A DNA stretch of 63,830 nt, filler included, from Cercozoa sp. M6MM (taxonomy: Eukaryota > Protista > Endomyxa: Ascetosporea): the NCBI GenBank assembly GCA_040357565.1. It is 9 parts of 9 records of this genome, joined end to end, with 100 filler letters (N's around TTAATTAATTAA, not from the genome) between each part and the next. Parts side by side here need not be neighbours in the genome. Positions count along the whole stretch, not along the records: positions 60,770 to 62,628 come from JBDODJ010001902.1; positions 62,729 to 63,830 come from JBDODJ010002175.1; 7 more parts are not named here. The stretch is one strand, 5' to 3'. The translations under genes were made by a program, and so were the position numbers. Under the pieces are notes generated by a model. It was not told the DNA's origin. It saw only the letters and a list, made by a program, of their open reading frames with translations, and did no database searches. This document shows positions 61,693-63,830 of this stretch, in pieces. Position 1 is the stretch's first letter. Each line of letters starts with the position of its first letter.

Positions 61693-62578
61693 ATGCAGAA
61701 CGACCCAGCGCTGCTGAAAGTCGCCGAGCGGTCACCATCGTGTGCAGCGTGGTCACCCTGCGCGCACCGGCCGCAGTTGCTGGCCACAGGTAGTGCCGGT
61801 GTTGTGGCGATGTGAACACACACAGTGTACGTGTCATGTAGGCTCGCTGCAAGGCATGCTGTCGGACGACTTCCAGTCCAGTGCGTTTGTGGAGATCTGG
61901 GACGCCAGCAAGACGTCGTCGGCAGCTCCGCAGGAACTGGTGTCGCTGTGCAAGTTCCCAGCACCGGCATGCTTCTCGAAACTCGCTTGGTACACTCCCA
62001 GAGGGGCTGTGTTTCATCTGTGTCATATGTGCATATGTGCTTGTGGCTGGGTAGGTCGCCAGTCGGCAGTGACTCGGGCAAGCACCCGTTGGGTATCCTT
62101 GCTGGCGGCATGCAAGGTAGCTGTGCTTACCCCCCCCCCCGGTGTATGTGACCCTGTGTGTGTATGCAGACGGCAGCTTGTGTCTGTGGGACCCGCAACG
62201 CGCCATCGATCAGCAGGACGCGCAGTTGCACACTCAGGTGCGTTTGTACCAGTGTGCCGTATGTGTGTACCAGTCCATATGGACTGAGATGTGTACGAGA
62301 ACAGAAGGTGCACACGATGGCCGTGGCGGACCTGCACTTCCACCCGCGACAGGCGCACTTTCTGGCCAGTGTGGGTGGAGCGAAACTGATGCTCTGGGAC
62401 GTTCAGAACGCCGAGTCACCGGTGTGCTATGCTTTTATCCCTCTTTTACCTCTTCCTACTCCCTTTTACCTCCTCTTGCCCCATGTTGGCTGGACAGGTG
62501 GTGCGGCCCTTCCAGGAGCAGGCCGAGGCGTCGAATGCCTCGTTGACGACTGTGCGTTGGAACCCGCAGAAGGATTGC
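61693..62578 (+). CDS. SEC31: COPII coat Sec31 N-terminal WD40 region (3'-partial)
   Basis: AAWSP..LLATG|SLQGMLSDDF..VEIWD..FSKLAW|..GILAGGMQ|DGSLCLWDP..HTMAVADLHFHP..LASVG. Confidence 0.8.
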
Positions 62579-62628
62579 GTATGCTTGCTTTACCCCCTTT
62601 ACCCCCCCCGTCTATGTACCCTCTTTGC

Positions 62629-62728
62629 NNNNNNNNNNNNNNNNNNNNNNNNNNNNNNNNNNNNNNNNNNNNTTAATTAATTAANNNNNNNNNNNNNNNN
62701 NNNNNNNNNNNNNNNNNNNNNNNNNNNN
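62629..62728. other. Artificial contig linker
   Basis: N44-TTAATTAATTAA-N44. Confidence 0.97.
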
Positions 62729-63830
62729 CCCCCCTGTTTACCCCCCTGTTTACCCCCCTGTTTACCCCCCTCTTATGTGAGGCAGGTGTGCGAGCGCGAG
62801 GTGTCGGAGGGTCGTTGGCAGCGACTCAACACGGCGCAGGTACCGTCCGCGCGGACGCTCGTCTGCTTTTGTTGTTTTTTCGGGACTGTTGTTGTTTTTT
62901 GCAGACGCTGGCGCTGCGAGCGACGCTGCTGCGGAACTTTGAGTGGAACACTGTGGTGCCGTGTTTTACCCCCCTGTTTACCCCCCCGTTTACCCCCCCC
63001 CTGTTTCCCCCCCCTCCTCCCCTCTTACCCCCCTCACCCCCCTGTTTACCCCCCTGTAGAAACCGGTGCAGACACAGCGACTGCGGATGCGTGCCAATGT
63101 AGTTTTCACCCCCCTGTTTACCCCCCTGTTTACCCCCCTGTTTACCCCCCTGTTTACCCCCCCTGTTTACCCCCCTGTTTACCCCCCCCCTGTGCGTGAA
63201 CAGGGTCGTTTGTTGCCGTTCTTTTTCGANNNNNNNNNNNNNNNNNNNNNNNNNNNNNNNNNNNNNNNNNNNNNNNNNNNNNNNNNNNNNNNNNNNNNNN
63301 NNNNNNNNNNNNNNNNNNNNNNNNNNNNNCCCCCCTGTTTACCCCCCTGTTTACCCCCCTGTTTACCCCCCTCTTATGTGAGGCAGGTGTGCGAGCGCGA
63401 GGTGTCGGAGGGTCGTTGGCAGCGACTCAACACGGCGCAGGTACCGTCCGCGCGGACGCTCGTCTGCTTTTGTTGTTTTTTCGGGACTGTTGTTGTTTTT
63501 TGCAGACGCTGGCGCTGCGAGCGACGCTGCTGCGGAACTTTGAGTGGAACACTGTGGTGCCGTGTTTTACCCCCCTGTTTACCCCCCCGTTTACCCCCCC
63601 CCTGTTTCCCCCCCCTCCTCCCCTCTTACCCCCCTCACCCCCCTGTTTACCCCCCTGTAGAAACCGGTGCAGACACAGCGACTGCGGATGCGTGCCAATG
63701 TAGTTTTCACCCCCCTGTTTACCCCCCTGTTTACCCCCCTGTTTACCCCCCTGTTTACCCCCCCTGTTTACCCCCCTGTTTACCCCCCCCCTGTGCGTGA
63801 ACAGGGTCGTTTGTTGCCGTTCTTTTTCGA
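62729..63830. repeat. Apparently identical 501-bp block duplicated across a 100-N gap (62729-63229 = 63330-63830); holds small + strand exons and (CCCCCCTGTTTA)n introns; probable assembly artefact
   Basis: The ORF track gives identical peptides offset by 601 nt, and both copies end at tctttttcga. Confidence 0.85.

Noticed and set aside
17665-62728. Recurrent TTAATTAATTAA palindrome as a biological repeat or recombination site
   Set aside because: It is always centred in exactly 44+44 N and gives stops in all six frames, so it is a contig-concatenation linker.
62729-63830. Recent tandem gene duplication
   Set aside because: The copies look identical and flank a 100-N scaffold gap in repeat-rich sequence, which is typical of a scaffolding artefact.

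Overview
Eukaryotic (protist-like) genomic DNA with GC-rich exons, the standard genetic code and many short (about 50-75 nt) canonical GT-AG introns that are often filled with microsatellites. The window is not one locus. It is nine contigs joined by artificial 100-nt linkers (44 N + TTAATTAATTAA + 44 N), so adjacency across a linker means nothing. Genes recognisable by manual exon splicing: RPS25, RPS10, mitochondrial phage-type RNA polymerase, G-protein beta, a transportin-SR/importin-13-like karyopherin, an EEP+HhH protein end, an alpha/beta hydrolase, a class C (Venus-flytrap) GPCR, two GYGD K+ channels (CNBD-type and BK/RCK-type), PDH E2 (DLAT), RRP4, a FolB with a mitochondrial-like presequence, a PH+ADF-H protein, a long coiled-coil+NLS+chromodomain protein, a Regnase-type NYN RNase, a SAP-domain protein, an ALDH fragment, SF3B4 and SEC31. 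The most interesting signals are: (1) splice-acceptor-like sites 1-19 nt upstream of the ATG in nine genes (leader introns or spliced-leader trans-splicing); (2) a candidate lamina-like heterochromatin tether (coiled-coil + chromodomain); (3) a decaying duplicated Crinkler-type PD-(D/E)xK nuclease gene; (4) a dispersed G6-rich intronic minisatellite present in both orientations. Exon boundaries were read by eye and no database search was run.
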